NCBI GenBank assembly: GCA_951406725.2
Contig: OX597836.1
Span: 10,478,001 to 10,542,000, forward strand
DNA from: Octopus vulgaris
Taxonomy: Eukaryota
Length of the DNA: 64,000 nucleotides
Reading direction: 5' to 3'
The notes under the pieces are model-generated. The model searched no databases. It worked only from the letters and a program-made list of their open reading frames with translations, and was not told the DNA's origin. Below are positions 26,738-39,800 of the stretch, piece after piece; position 1 is the first letter of the stretch, and each line of letters starts with the position of its first letter. Both the position numbers and the translations under genes were made by a program.

Positions 26738-27334
26738 AACAAGAGCACTCAGAGAGAGCGTAATCCTCCGCCAAGGCAACACCAATGTCCTCTCAATGAT
26801 TAGCCAGAGATGATTTTTAAAATGAGAATCTCTGAAATAAACTTGACTGTTCTCACAAATGAGAATACTAAAAATGAACCCGACCGCTCTCAAAAATTAA
26901 GTAAAACAAAGCAGGAAAAATAATCCAGAATCTTTCTCTGGTACTGGGTCTAAAGAAACAGAAAAATTAAAAATAATAATAATAATAATAACAAGCCCTC
27001 AGAGAGCGCAAACCTCCGCCAAAGCAACACCAACATCCTCCCAACGATTAGCTGAAGAAGATTTTTAAAATGAGAATCTCTGAAATAAACTTGACTGCTC
27101 TCACAAATGAGAATACTAAAAATGAACCCGACCGCTCTCAAAAATTAAGTAAAAAAACAGGAAAACTAATCCAGTATCCAAAATCTAATCAGTTTGTGCC
27201 AGTCACAAAGCCAAACATCCCTGAAAGTTTCATCTGAATCCATCCAGGGGTTCTTGAGATATCTTGTCCATGGACAAACAAACAAACAAACACGACTGAA
27301 AACAATACCTCTGCCTTTGCTAAGGCGGGGGTAA
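26738..27334 (-). mobile_element. Helentron/HINE (DINE-1-like) non-autonomous element with duplicated 3' end
   Basis: Minus strand begins TTACCCCCGCCTTAGCAAAGGCAGAGGTA (subterminal IR), then (GTTT)n, and ends GGCGGAGG..GCGCTCTCTGAG..CTTGTT twice (26990 and 26738). A 5' fragment of the same family lies at 58673-58775 (+). Confidence 0.7.
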
Positions 27335-27339
27335 TAGCA

Positions 27340-27950
27340 ATTTCGAATTTTTGCCACAAGGACAGCTTGGGAGAGATTGGGATTGGAGGTGAGTCAATCA
27401 CATCGACCCCAGTGTTCAACTGATACTTATTTTATCGACCCCGAAAGGATGAAAGGCAAAGTGAACCTGGGTGGAATTTGAACTCAGAACGTAACGACAG
27501 ACGAAATACCGCTAAGCATCTTGCCTGGCGCGCTAACGATTCAGCCAGCTCGCAGCCTCCATAATAATAATAATAATCCTTTCTGCTATAGGCACAAGGC
27601 CTGAAATTTGGGGGAAGGTAACATGTTGATTATATCGACTCCTAATGTTTCACTGGTACTTAATTTATTGACCCCGAAAGGATGACAGTCAAAGTCTACC
27701 TCGGCGGAATTTAAACTCGGAATGTACCGACGGGCGAAAAACCGCTAAGCATTTTGTCCAGCATGCTAACGATTCTGGTAGCTCGCAACCTTCTCCATAA
27801 TAATAATAATAATAAAAATTATAATAATAATAATAATAACAACAACAACAACAACAACAACAATAATAATAATAATAATAATCCTTTCTACAATAAGCAG
27901 AAGGCCAGAAATTTGGGGGAGGGGGGTAGTCGGTTACATCGACCCCAAAG
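27340..27950 (-). mobile_element. Series of SINE A copies separated by (AAT)n
   Basis: Core motif at about 27436 and 27670; tail fragment at about 27880. Confidence 0.85.
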
Positions 27951-28479
27951 AATTCGGACCCGGAAACTACATGATTGCAAAGCAAGACATTGCTCGATTT
28001 GAGAGCTATAGCGGAAGACACACTTGCCCAAAATGCCGCATACCGCGGGGATGAATCCGAACCCGAAAGCTGTATGACTGCAAAGCGACCTTCTTCACCA
28101 CGCAGTCGTGTCTTCGCCTTTATAAACAAACTCGTTAAGTATGGTCTGTCGTTTTTAAGGAAGTCGAGTGCAATTTCAGTGAGAACCAGTTGCTATTTCT
28201 CGCAGCTCAAGTTACCACCTTATAGAGCTTCACACGTAGGGTTGTATAGTTAAAGGGACAGATGCTGCTAGAGCAATGTGACGTTAGTCTGATGGATATC
28301 AATGATGCAAGGTGTGTTAAAAGGATGTTTGATGCACTACAAGTGCCACAACATATTCACTCCTTTACAGAAGGAGCAGAGAGGAAAAAGCAACCCAAAT
28401 TGAATTATAGCTTACTTCTTCAATATTGACAATACTGTTAGTTGGTCCCTATAAAAACATCGCTATAAATTTTTATCTC

Positions 28480-28874
28480 TTACTTTTTATTTCTTTACTG
28501 CTCACAAAGGGCTACACTCAGAGGGGACAAACAAGCACAGACAAACGGATTAAGTCGATTACATTGAACCCAGTGCGTAACTGGTACTTAATTTATCGAC
28601 CCCGAAAGGATGAAAGGCAAAGTCGACCTCGGTGGAATTTGAACTCAGAACGTAGCGGCAGGCGAAATACCTCTAAGCATTTCGCCCGGCGTGCTAACGT
28701 TTCTGCCAGCTCGAGAGAAAGTTGTGGCGAAAGAGTACAACAGGGGTCACCACCATCTCCTGCCGGAGCCTCGTGGAGCTGTTAGGTGTTTTCGCTCAAT
28801 AAACACACACAACACCCTGTCTGGGAATCGAAACCGCGAGTCCGCCGCCCTAACCACTGGGCCATTGCGCTTCC
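28480..28874 (-). mobile_element. SINE A (28480-28712) joined to the head/body of SINE family D (28713-28874)
   Basis: D head on the minus strand: GGAAGCGCAATGGCCCAGTGGTTAGGGCGGCGGACTCGCGGTTTCGATTCCC. Confidence 0.8.
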
Positions 28875-30296
28875 CTATGTTTGTATGTATGTATGTATAA
28901 AATAGCATTCCGTGTACCATACTTAACGTATATATACATATGAAAAGTATGAAGATGTGATTTTTGTTTCAGAGAAGATTTCTTCATAGATAAGTCTTAA
29001 AAGCAACATCTATCGAAGCGAAGCAGTGACTGACTCATGAGGACACAGAATGCATTTCAGTGTTTTTGAACTTTATCATTGATATGTACCTGCTTGTCTC
29101 AGGTGTAAACGAAATTTGTCACCTCCAGAATATAGGAAATAGTGAAAAATATATTCACTGATATTGCGGAAAGCTTGCTGCGCTGTAATCAACTCGGGGA
29201 ACACAATTCAAACAGCATTTAATTAAAATAGCCATGTGAGTTCCATACCTAACGCATATACACGTTTAATATTGTCTCAGCTGGGTACTTTGCATTTATT
29301 GGCAAACTCCTTAAAGTAAGAAAGGGGAGATAAGGAAGAGGAGAGAGTAGGAGGAAGGGGAAGACGGACAGAAGGAGAAGGGACAGGAGAGAAGGAGGAA
29401 GGAGGAATGAAGTGTGGGGAGAGAAGGAAGGGAAGGAGAGGAGGAGGTGAATGGAGAGGAGAATGAAGGAATGAGAGAGTAGGACGAGGGGACGAGAAAG
29501 AGTAAAGGAAAATGTGGAGAAAGAGGAGGAGCCTATTGTACTTGCAAACTCCTCCCATTCCAGATGAGTCAGGTGATAATGTGTGGAATTGATGCTGAGC
29601 CGTCTGCACGAAATATGGGTAATGAGGCAAGAAGCAAGAAGCAAGGTTGGTGGGGTTGCGTTTGAATGCTTACTAGAGGGTGAACTCTGTGAAAGTAATC
29701 CAAGGAACTACAAGCAACACTATTATACTAGATGGCCTTCTTAGACCTGACCACCCAAGTCTAAAACAAACAATCGTAATTCTCTAAAGGGGGTAAAAAC
29801 CCATAAAAACTAAAACGAGTGAAGTAGTTGTCTTTAGCTTAACACTTCGTACATATCAGAACTATGAAGATTTGAACTCTTAATCTAGGGGATCAAGACG
29901 AATGTATTGAATTCTTTTTGGCTATATAAAAAGGCTTTATAGTTTCACAAGTAAGGCTTGAACTTGTGAGCGTTAACTACGCAGATATTTGAAGATTGTC
30001 TGATATTTTCTCTGTTTAATTTCCTTAGTGTGTTCGCTTTGAGGTGTGATTGAGACATAGCAGTGATGTGAGGGCGGCGTGGGTGGGGTGGAGGGGGCAG
30101 ATGGGGAGGGGGTTACGTAGTGGGGGTCACTTTCATATACTGGGACTAGGGATTAAACTACACACACACACACACATCTATATATATGTATGCATATACC
30201 GTATATACACACACTCACATACATTCTCATACTCATATGTAAGCATACACACACACTTATATATGTATGTGTGTGTGTGTGTGCACGCGCGGATAT

Positions 30297-30360
30297 GTAA
30301 TACATCTCTATGTATGCATGAATGAATGACTCTTTCTCTCTCGCACTCATTACATATCTA

Positions 30361-30399
<39 letters not shown>

Positions 30400-30720
30400 G
30401 CATGTGTATGTGTATATGTGTGTCTGTGTATGTGTGTGTGTGTGTGTGTGTGCGTGTATGTAATACATATGTATGTATGTGTGAATGAATGAATGTCTCT
30501 TTCTTACTCGCACTCACTATATATCTACACACACACACACACACACATATGCATGTGTATGTGTATATGTGTGTCTATGTCTGTATATATGTGTGTATAC
30601 GTATATGTAATACATATGTATGTATGTGTGAATGAATGAATGTCCCTCTCTCTCTCACTCACTATATATTTACACACACACACACACATATGCATGTGCA
30701 TGTGTATATGTGTGTCTATG
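30297..30720. repeat. Tandem triplication of an approximately 150-160 bp microsatellite-containing unit
   Basis: TGTAATACAT...GAATGAATGA..TCT..CACTCA.TA.AT.T.TACACAC..ATATGCATGTG starts at about 30297, 30458 and 30607. Confidence 0.8.
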
Positions 30721-30782
30721 TGCGTGTGCGTGTGTGTGTGTGCGTGCGTGTGTGTGTGTGCGTGTGTGTGTGTATTCGTGTG

Positions 30783-30815
<33 letters not shown>

Positions 30816-30837
30816 TTGTGTTTGTGTATGTGTGTGT

Positions 30838-30869
<32 letters not shown>

Positions 30870-31314
30870 CTAAGTTCGCAAATATTGTGTGTTCTCACCC
30901 AGACAAACCTTATCTGAATTTCCTCGACAGTCTCTCGCTAATCCGAACTGAAGCCTCGTAGCAAAGAGAAAACACAACAAATTAATCCAATTTTTCCTGC
31001 TTCGCGGCAGACAGAAACGCAGAGAGATAAAAGCGTTGAATATTTACTATACGAGATAATGTTAAGAGTATGACGTTCTCTATCACTTCTCAGAAGACCG
31101 TTTGTATCCTCGTTCACAATGTACGATGGAAAGAAATACACAGAATTAAACAAACATTCATTAAGAAATGATATCGGAATGAATACGAAGAGGGCGAACT
31201 GGCTGAGTTGTTAGCAAGCCGGGCAAGCAGTGAGTAGCGTTTCGTCCGTCTGCGTTCTGAGTTTGGATTTTATCGTGGGGTTGACTTTATGTTTTTTTTT
31301 TGTCTTTTCGGGAT

Positions 31315-31530
31315 TTACTCCTTTTACTCTTTTACTGGTTTCAGTCATTTGACTGCGGCCATGCTGGAGCACCGCCTTTTAGTCGAGCAAATCGACACCA
31401 GGAATTATTCTTTTGTAAGCCTAGTACTTATTCTGTCGGTCTTCTTTTGCCGGACCTCAAAGTTACGGGGACGTAAACACACCAGCATCGGTTGTCAAGC
31501 GATGTTGGGGAGACAAACACAGACACACAA

Positions 31531-31595
<65 letters not shown>

Positions 31596-31598
31596 TGC

Positions 31599-31651
<53 letters not shown>

Positions 31652-32134
31652 TACGACGGGCTTCTTTCAGTTTCCGTCTACAAAATCCATTCACAAGGTT
31701 TTGGTCGGCCCGAGGCTATAGTAGAAGACACTTACCCAAGGTGCCACGATATTAAAAGGCACAGGCGTGGTCGTGTGGGTAAGGTGTTTGCTTCTCAACC
31801 AGATGGTTCATGGTTCTATCCTACCTTCAGTGTGGCAACTTAGACAAATGACTTCTAGCATAACTCCGGACCGACCAAAGCCTCGTGTGTGGAATTGGTA
31901 GACAGGAACTGGAAGAAGGTCAAATTATAATGTATTCTATTGCTCGTTTCAGTCATCGAACTGCGACCATGCTGGGGCACCGCCTTAAAGTGGTTTAGTC
32001 GAATAAATCAACCCCAGGACTTCTTTTTTATTTCTTTAAAGCCCAGTACTTATTCTATCGGATTCACACCAACACCGGAGGTCAAGCAGTACTGGGCGAC
32101 AAACACAGACACACACATATACATATACATATAC

Positions 32135-32167
<33 letters not shown>

Positions 32168-32172
32168 CATAT

Positions 32173-32245
<73 letters not shown>

Positions 32246-32535
32246 TTTAAAAAATACACAAATTGGGACAAGAACGTGAAACATTTAGAAGACGACAAAA
32301 AAACACAGACGGGACTTTCGAAGCTCTCAGTCATCAGTCAAGAACCAGATCATCTTCGCAATTTCGGCTGATATATATGACGGGATTCTTTTAGTTTCCG
32401 TCCACCAAATTTACTCACAGGGCTTTGGTTGGCCCGAGGCTATAGTAGACATCTGCTCAAGGTGCCACGCTGTGGGACTGAACCCGGAACCATATGGTTG
32501 GGAAGTGAACATGTTTACCACCCAGCCACGCCTGT
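31315..32535 (-). mobile_element. SINE B cluster; the copy at 31935-32535 is interrupted in its internal (TA)n by a Penelope-like fragment (32241-32372)
   Basis: Tail and head halves flank foreign sequence that resembles 60720-60910. Confidence 0.75.
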
Positions 32536-32890
32536 GTATGCATGTACACACACACACACACACGCATATCATATATATATATATACACAGAGACATACAC
32601 ACACATATATACATATATATGTATGTATATATACATGCATGCATAAATATGCATACATATATGCATATATATATACATATATATATATGTATATACGCGT
32701 ATATATATGCATATATATATATATATATCACGTCACGTGACCGACCAGACCATCAGATGTTGTTACACATCGCTGGTCACAATGCGTTCGCATTGTTTTA
32801 GCCTTCGAATGACGCCATCCCGCTGGCTAAGCGAGCAGGCCAATATATATATATATATATGCATATATATATATATATATATATACATAT

Positions 32891-32939
<49 letters not shown>

Positions 32940-33737
32940 TACACACATACATAATACACACACTCACACACATACACACACATGTATTTGTTGATGTGCC
33001 AAGATGAAGCCTTGACTCTAGTTCTTTTTTCCATTTATTCGCTTATTTCCCTTGGGAAAGCTTAGTACCACAATGCTCTAACATGTACAATGCATGGCGG
33101 CTGAGCATAAGAGGTCAAATAAGTGCAAGTCATGTTTGCTTGTTTGTGTGTGTGTGTGTGTGTACTCAAACACAAATGCAACAACAAATACACACACACA
33201 TATATATATATATATCCATCCAACCACATAAACAAACAAACAAACACACACACATACACGCATATATCTAAGTATACACGTATACGTACCCCGTTGACAC
33301 TATTGAAATTTTCAACGCAGGTGCCTAGGATCTTGATTAGTAATGGGTTTGTTTCTCCATTGGCAAGAAATCTGTATATAAAACTAAACAATAACATATT
33401 TACACGCATACACATACACACACATAAATGAGCTTACATATACACTCACATACGTGGCTGTGTGGTAAGAGGCTTGCTTGCCAACAACATGGTTCCGGGT
33501 TCAGTCCTACTGCGTGGCACCTTCTGAGTGCGTTTGGTTGACGGAAACTGAAAGAAGGCCGTCATATATATTAATACACCTGTTTGTTGTTTACACAACT
33601 GTCTTGTCTTTTTTATTTTTGTGAATTCCATCTATGGGGAGAGCAGCCTACACTCTGTTAAAACTTGCTGTGAGTTGTGCCGCAGCTATCGGCCTTAGAT
33701 GGATGTCATTTACCCTTCTCTGGATTTCATCCCCACA

Positions 33738-34860
33738 GGTATTTCGCCTGTTGTTACGTTCTGAGTTCAAATTCCGTCGAAGTCGACTTTGCCTTTCATC
33801 CTTTCGGGCTCGATAAATTAAGTACCAGTTACATACTGAGATCAATTTAATCAACTATCACCCTCCCCAAAATTACAGGCCTTGTGCCTAGAGTAGAAGG
33901 CGGCGAGCTGGCAGAATCGTCAGAGCGTCACACGAAATGCTTAACGGAGTTTCTGCCGTCTTTACGTTCTGAGTTCAAATTCCGCCGAGGTCGACTTTGG
34001 CTTTCATCCTTTCGGCATCGATAAAATAAATACCTGTTGAACACTGGAATCGAAGAATTCGATTAGTCCCCTCCCCTACAAATTTCAGATATTGTGCCTT
34101 TAGTAGAATGGATATTTAGCATAACGGTGGTGAGCTGGCAAAATCGTGAGCAGACTGGACAAAATGCTTACACTATTTTACTGTGGCCATGCTGGAGCAA
34201 ATCGACCCCAGCAGTCGAGCAAATCGACCCCCAGGACTTATTCTTTGTAAGCCTAGTACTTATTCTATCGGTCTCTTTTTCCGAACCGCTAATGTTACGG
34301 GGACGTAAACACACCAGCATCGGTTGTCAAGCTGGCAGAAACGTAAGCACGCCGGGCAAAATGCTTAGCGGTATTTCGTCTGCCGTTACGTTCTGAGTTC
34401 AAATTTCGCTGAGGTCGACTTTGCCTTTCATCTTTTCGGGGTCGATTAAATAAGTACCAGTTACGCACTGGGCTCGATATAATCGACTTAATCCATCTGT
34501 CTGTCCTTGTTTGTCCTCTCTGTGTTTAGCCCCTTGTGGGTAGTGAAGAAATAAGTATTTCGTCTGCCGCTACGTTCTGAGTTCAAATTCCGCCGAGGTC
34601 GACTTTGCCTTTCAGCCTTTCGGGGTCGATAAATTAAGTACCAGTTACGCACTGGGGTAAATGTAATCGATTTAATCCGTTTGTCTACCCTTATTTGTCC
34701 CCGCTGGGTAGTAAAGAAATAGAAATAGATATTTCTTCATTATTTACGTTGGGAGTTCAAATTCCACCGAGGTCGACTTTGCATTTCATCCTTACAAGAT
34801 CGATAAAACAAGTGCCAATCTAGCACAGGGGAACCGATGTAATCGACTACCCCCTGTCTC
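33738..34860 (+). mobile_element. SINE A multimer cluster (at least 5 core copies) with an inserted SINE B fragment
   Basis: GAGTTCAAATT..G.CGA.GTCGACTTT at about 33763, 33971, 34395, 34579 and 34754. Confidence 0.88.
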
Positions 34861-35287
34861 CTAAATTGTTCATTTTTATGGGAATCTAACCCTTATCTCT
34901 TTAGCAGAATGAAATATTTAACAAATATGACAAAATGGCGTATATAATAAACTGTTAACTTGTTGCAAGCAGACGACGAAGCAGTGGTAGCTCTCTGCAT
35001 TTCTTTCCTGTAATTTCCACTCGACTTCTTCATTCTACATAGAAACACCTCTAGCAAAGAAAATAAATCAAATTTCCTGCTGTTTTCTGTCCCGTCTTGG
35101 AAGCAATTAAGATTGTTAAAATAGCAGTTGCATGACTCGATTTGGTAAAATATAAAATATTTTTTTTCTTTCTTTTTATCGCACCTTCTTCTCTTATTCT
35201 GTAAAAATCTCTTCCCCCCTCCTCTCTTAATCTCTCTATCGCCCTTCTCTTTCTCTCTCTCTCTTTCTGGTTTCCTTTTTTTTTTTG

Positions 35288-35351
<64 letters not shown>

Positions 35352-35824
35352 TTACCTACCACTTCCTCTCTATTTCTCTCGCTCTCTGTGGTTGTTTGAA
35401 CTCTCTACCTCTACATCACTTCCTTGCCCCTCAATTCTCTTTCTCCCCCCCTCTCTCTCTCTCTACCTCACTCTCTCTCCATCTCTCTCTCTCTCTACCT
35501 CTCTCTCTCTCCATCTCTCTCTCTCTCTACCTCTCTCTCTCTCTCTCTCTCTCCCTCTCTGTCTCAGTTTTGCATTCACTACTTTTACCGTTCCCTATCT
35601 GCCTTCCTTCCTGTCTCTCACTCTCTCTCTCTCTCTCTCTCTCCCTCTCTTACCCTCTGTCTGTCTCTCTTTCTCTCGCTGTCTCTCTCTCTCTCGCTGT
35701 CTCTCTCTCTCTCGCTGTCTCTCTCTCTCTCTCTCTCACTCTTTGCGTTTCTCTCTTACTTTCTCGCTCACTTTCACTCTCTCTCTATCTTATTCCACAT
35801 CAAAGCCTTTCGTTCCATCAAGGA

Positions 35825-36180
35825 CATTTCTCAACATTTCACAATATTCCACAACACCATCCAAAACAATCTCAAACACTCCACAACACTCCAAAACACT
35901 CACAATATTTCACAACTCTCACAAACACTCCACAATACTCCAGCGCGCTTTACAACTCCCACAACACTCTACAGTACCCCACAATACTTTACAACTCTCG
36001 CAACACTTCCAAACTCTCCGCAACACTTCACAACACTTAATTCTCACAACGTTCCCAAATACTCCAAATTACCCCACACCACTTTACAACGCTCCACAAT
36101 ACTCCCAAATACTCCACAATAGTTCACAACGCTTTACAACTCTCACAACACTTCACGGCTTTCACAACACTCCACAATTT
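35825..36180. repeat. Cryptic 9-10 bp minisatellite (ACAACACTCC-like)
   Basis: Recurring ACAACACT/ACAATACT/ACAACGCT/ACAACTCT at about 10 bp spacing. Confidence 0.8.
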
Positions 36181-36759
36181 CTTAAACGTAATGTGTTAGT
36201 TATTTACAATCACTAATTAATTAAGTGTATAAGTCAATCAAACACAATTCACTAAAATATTCTTTTCTAGTCTAGGTACAAGGCTCGAAATTTTGGTGGA
36301 AAGGGACAGTCGATTAGATCGACCCCACGGCGCAAATGGTACTTAATCTATCGACCCCGAAGGGACGAAAGGCAAAGTCGATCTCGGCGGAATTTGAACT
36401 CAAAACGTAAAGACACACAGAGGGGGAAAACAAGGACAGACAAAGGGATTAAGTCGATTATATCGACCCTAGTGCGTAACTGGTACTTATTTAATCGACC
36501 CCGAAGCGATGAAAGGCAAAGTCGACCTCGGGGGAATTTGAACTCAGAACGTAACGGCAGTTCTGCCAGCTCGCCGCCTTAGAACTCACTAAAATATCAA
36601 TTCCCTTGTTATTCACAGTAATATTAATTAATTTAATATTTACTGCGATATTAATTAAGTAGATTAGTAATTTCCTATGTCAGTCTCCACCCAGAATTTC
36701 TCGTAGAACGAAACTCGTATTTAAGAGGATTTTGATGAAGATGTCCACGGCAATGATAA

Positions 36760-36771
36760 CGGTGACGATAG

Positions 36772-36806
<35 letters not shown>

Positions 36807-36812
36807 TCGGTG

Positions 36813-36844
<32 letters not shown>

Positions 36845-36948
36845 GATGATGATGATGATGGTGATGGCGATGATGGTGATGATGAAGATGATGACGGTGA
36901 TGATGATGGTGATGATGGTGATGGCGATGATGATGATGATGATGGTGG

Positions 36949-36987
<39 letters not shown>

Positions 36988-36996
36988 CGGTGACGG

Positions 36997-37094
<98 letters not shown>

Positions 37095-37150
37095 TCGGTG
37101 ATAATGATGATGATGATGATGAGGAGAGGAGGAGGAGGAGGAGGAGGAGT
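36760..37150. repeat. Long (GAT)n tract followed by (GGA)n
   Basis: Read directly. Confidence 0.97.
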
Positions 37151-37460
37151 GGGAGAAACTGGATGGTGACGGTGGCAATGGGAATGGTGTTGTTGGTAGG
37201 GAAATGGAGTTAGACAGAGCATTGAATATTTCATTGTGTGTGTGTGTGTGTGTGTGTGTGAGTGTTTGCATGTATGTCTGTATCAGTGACATACTGTGGT
37301 GTGCAGTGATGCAAAGAAATAGTTTAGTAGAATTAGGTGGTGCAGTGTGTGTATATATATGTATACACATAAATTATACATACATACACACACATATACT
37401 TATACATATGTATATACTCGTGCTTAAATAAGTATACATCTATCTTTCTATATAAAGGAA

Positions 37461-37634
<174 letters not shown>

Positions 37635-37635
37635 T

Positions 37636-37682
<47 letters not shown>

Positions 37683-37683
37683 G

Positions 37684-37715
<32 letters not shown>

Positions 37716-38483
37716 TATATATACATATACATATATATATATATACATATACATATATACATATATGTATACATACATATATTCATATATACACACGCAC
37801 TCACACACATACAATGGAGGGGGACCCTTGCTTCTGGTGGGTGTTAACCTTTCACTTCAAAGCTGTTTGCAACCCTATTTCATTCCAACACATTTTCCAC
37901 ATGACTTATTTTAGCTTGTCCCTTTCTCTCTCTCTTTTTTTCCCCCCTTTTTTTTATGGGAACCTAACCCTTAAGTCTGGCAACACTTGGAGATAGAACA
38001 AAATTGCCAAATGCCTGTTATTCTATATCTACGCCGATGCCAAGAGAAAGCGAGCAGGGAGAAAGGAGGGGTGGTGGAAATGGGGGGGGTGGGGGCAATA
38101 GTAAATTGTCAATGTTTTGGTTTACTCGTAGAATATCATTCTTCAGAAACTTTCAGGAATCTCTGTAGACCCTGTTGATATAAATGTGTGTGTGTGTTTG
38201 GCCCATTCCACCTCCAGCAAAAAAAAAAATTAAAAAAATCTGAGTCTGAATTGCTATTCTTATGTTCTTTAATTCGTTTCAGTCGTTTGACTGCGGGCCA
38301 TGCTGGAGCACACTGCCTTTTAGTCGAACAAATCGCACCCTTTCCCCTACCCCACCAGGACTTATTCTTTGTAAGCCTAGTACTTGTTCTATTGGTTCTC
38401 TGTTGCCGAACTGCTGAGGTACGGGGACGTAAACACACCAACATCGCTTGTCAAGCAATGGTGGGAGGACAAACACAGACACA

Positions 38484-38553
<70 letters not shown>

Positions 38554-38957
38554 CATATATATATTTATACATATACATATATACGACGGCCTTCTTTCAG
38601 TTTCCGTCTACCAAATCCACTCACAAGGTTCTGGTCGGCCCGAGGCTATAGTAGAAGACACTTGCCCAAGGTGCCATGCAGTGGGACTGAACCCACAACC
38701 ATGTGGTTGGTAAGGAACCTACTTACCACATCTTTTTATCTTCTACTTGCTTCAGTCATTAGACTGTGGCCATGCTGGGGCACTGCCCTGAACAATTTTT
38801 AGCCAAGGGAATTGACTCCAGTATTCATTTTTTGTCAGCATGGCCCCATACTTGTTCTATCAATCTCTTTCGCCAAAAATCAAAAATCAAAGTGATAGCC
38901 TAAGATTGCATCGACTGGCATGAAATGGTTGTGACCCTATGCTTCTCATGGAAGTAA

Positions 38958-39600
38958 TGTCCTCAGAATCTGGTGGCCGGACGAAATAACAAACAGGAGT
39001 CTGTGGGATAGAATGAACCAAACTCCGATCAATCAAGACATTCTGGAAAGGAAATGGGGTTGGATCGGTCACATTCTAAGGAGACCTCCAAGAAGCATTG
39101 CGAGACAAATGTTAGACCAATACTCTGAAAGAGAGAGGAAAATTGGGTGACCTAAGAAGACCTAGTGGAGGCACATGGCCTAGTGGATAGAGTAGTGGAC
39201 TCGTGGTCAAGAGATCATGGCTTCGAATCTCAGACTGGGCGATGTGTATGTTTATGAGCAAAACACCTAAGATCCATGTAGCTCCGGCAGAAGGTAATGG
39301 CGAACCACTGCTGATTCATTCACCATAACTTTTTCTCACTTTTTTCTACTGCATCTTGCAGCTCACCTGAGACGGACCGGCGTCCCATCCAGGTGGGCAA
39401 GCTATACACCAATGAAACCAGGAAACCGGCCCTTATGAGCCAGGCATGGCTTGAGAAGGAACAAACAACAGGAAAAAGACCTGGAAAGGAAGCCTGGAGG
39501 ATGAAGTGAAAGCAACCTGTCTTTCTTGGCCTGAAATCAAGGAGGTAGTCCAAGATCATATCGCCTGGCATGAATGGCCCTGTGCTCTTTACGGAGTGAT
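38958..39600 (+). pseudogene. RTE-clade LINE reverse transcriptase 3' remnant, split by a SINE
   Basis: Translates VLRIWWPDEITNRSLWDRMNQTPINQDILERKWGWIGHILRRPPRSIARQ...RKIG*PKKT, then after the SINE KKTWKGSLEDEVK...SWPEIKEVVQD. Confidence 0.85.
39167..39470 (+). mobile_element. SINE family D with C-type tail, with TSD
   Basis: A box TGGCCTAGTGG, B box GGCTTCGAATCTC, tail GAAACCGGCCCTTATGAGCC. Flanks AAGAAGACCTAG (39154-39165) and AAAAAGACCTGG (39473-39484). Confidence 0.82.
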
Positions 39601-39609
39601 GTATGCTCT

Positions 39610-39800
39610 ATGTCTTCAAGATCTGGTGGCCAGACAAAATTTCAAACAGAAATAGTATGTGGGATAGTATGGAACCTGACCCCCGCCATCAATGAAGAAT
39701 TCCTTAAAAGGAAAATGGAGCAGGGGTCACCTTCTAAAGAGACCTCCAAGCAGCATTGCAAGACAAGAGTGAGAGTAGCAACCTGAAGGAAAGGGCAAAG
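39610..39800 (+). pseudogene. Second, more decayed copy of the same RTE 3' fragment
   Basis: ATCTGGTGGCC...TGTGGGATAG...GAGACCTCCAAG.AGCATTGC.AGACAA repeats 38968-39108. Confidence 0.75.

Noticed and set aside
28234-28251. GGTTGTATAGTT, identical to the 3' half of let-7
   Set aside because: The seed TGAGGTAG is absent and no precursor hairpin is evident.
36732-37169. Poly-Met/poly-His/poly-Asp ORFs
   Set aside because: Pure (GAT)n microsatellite without splice signals.
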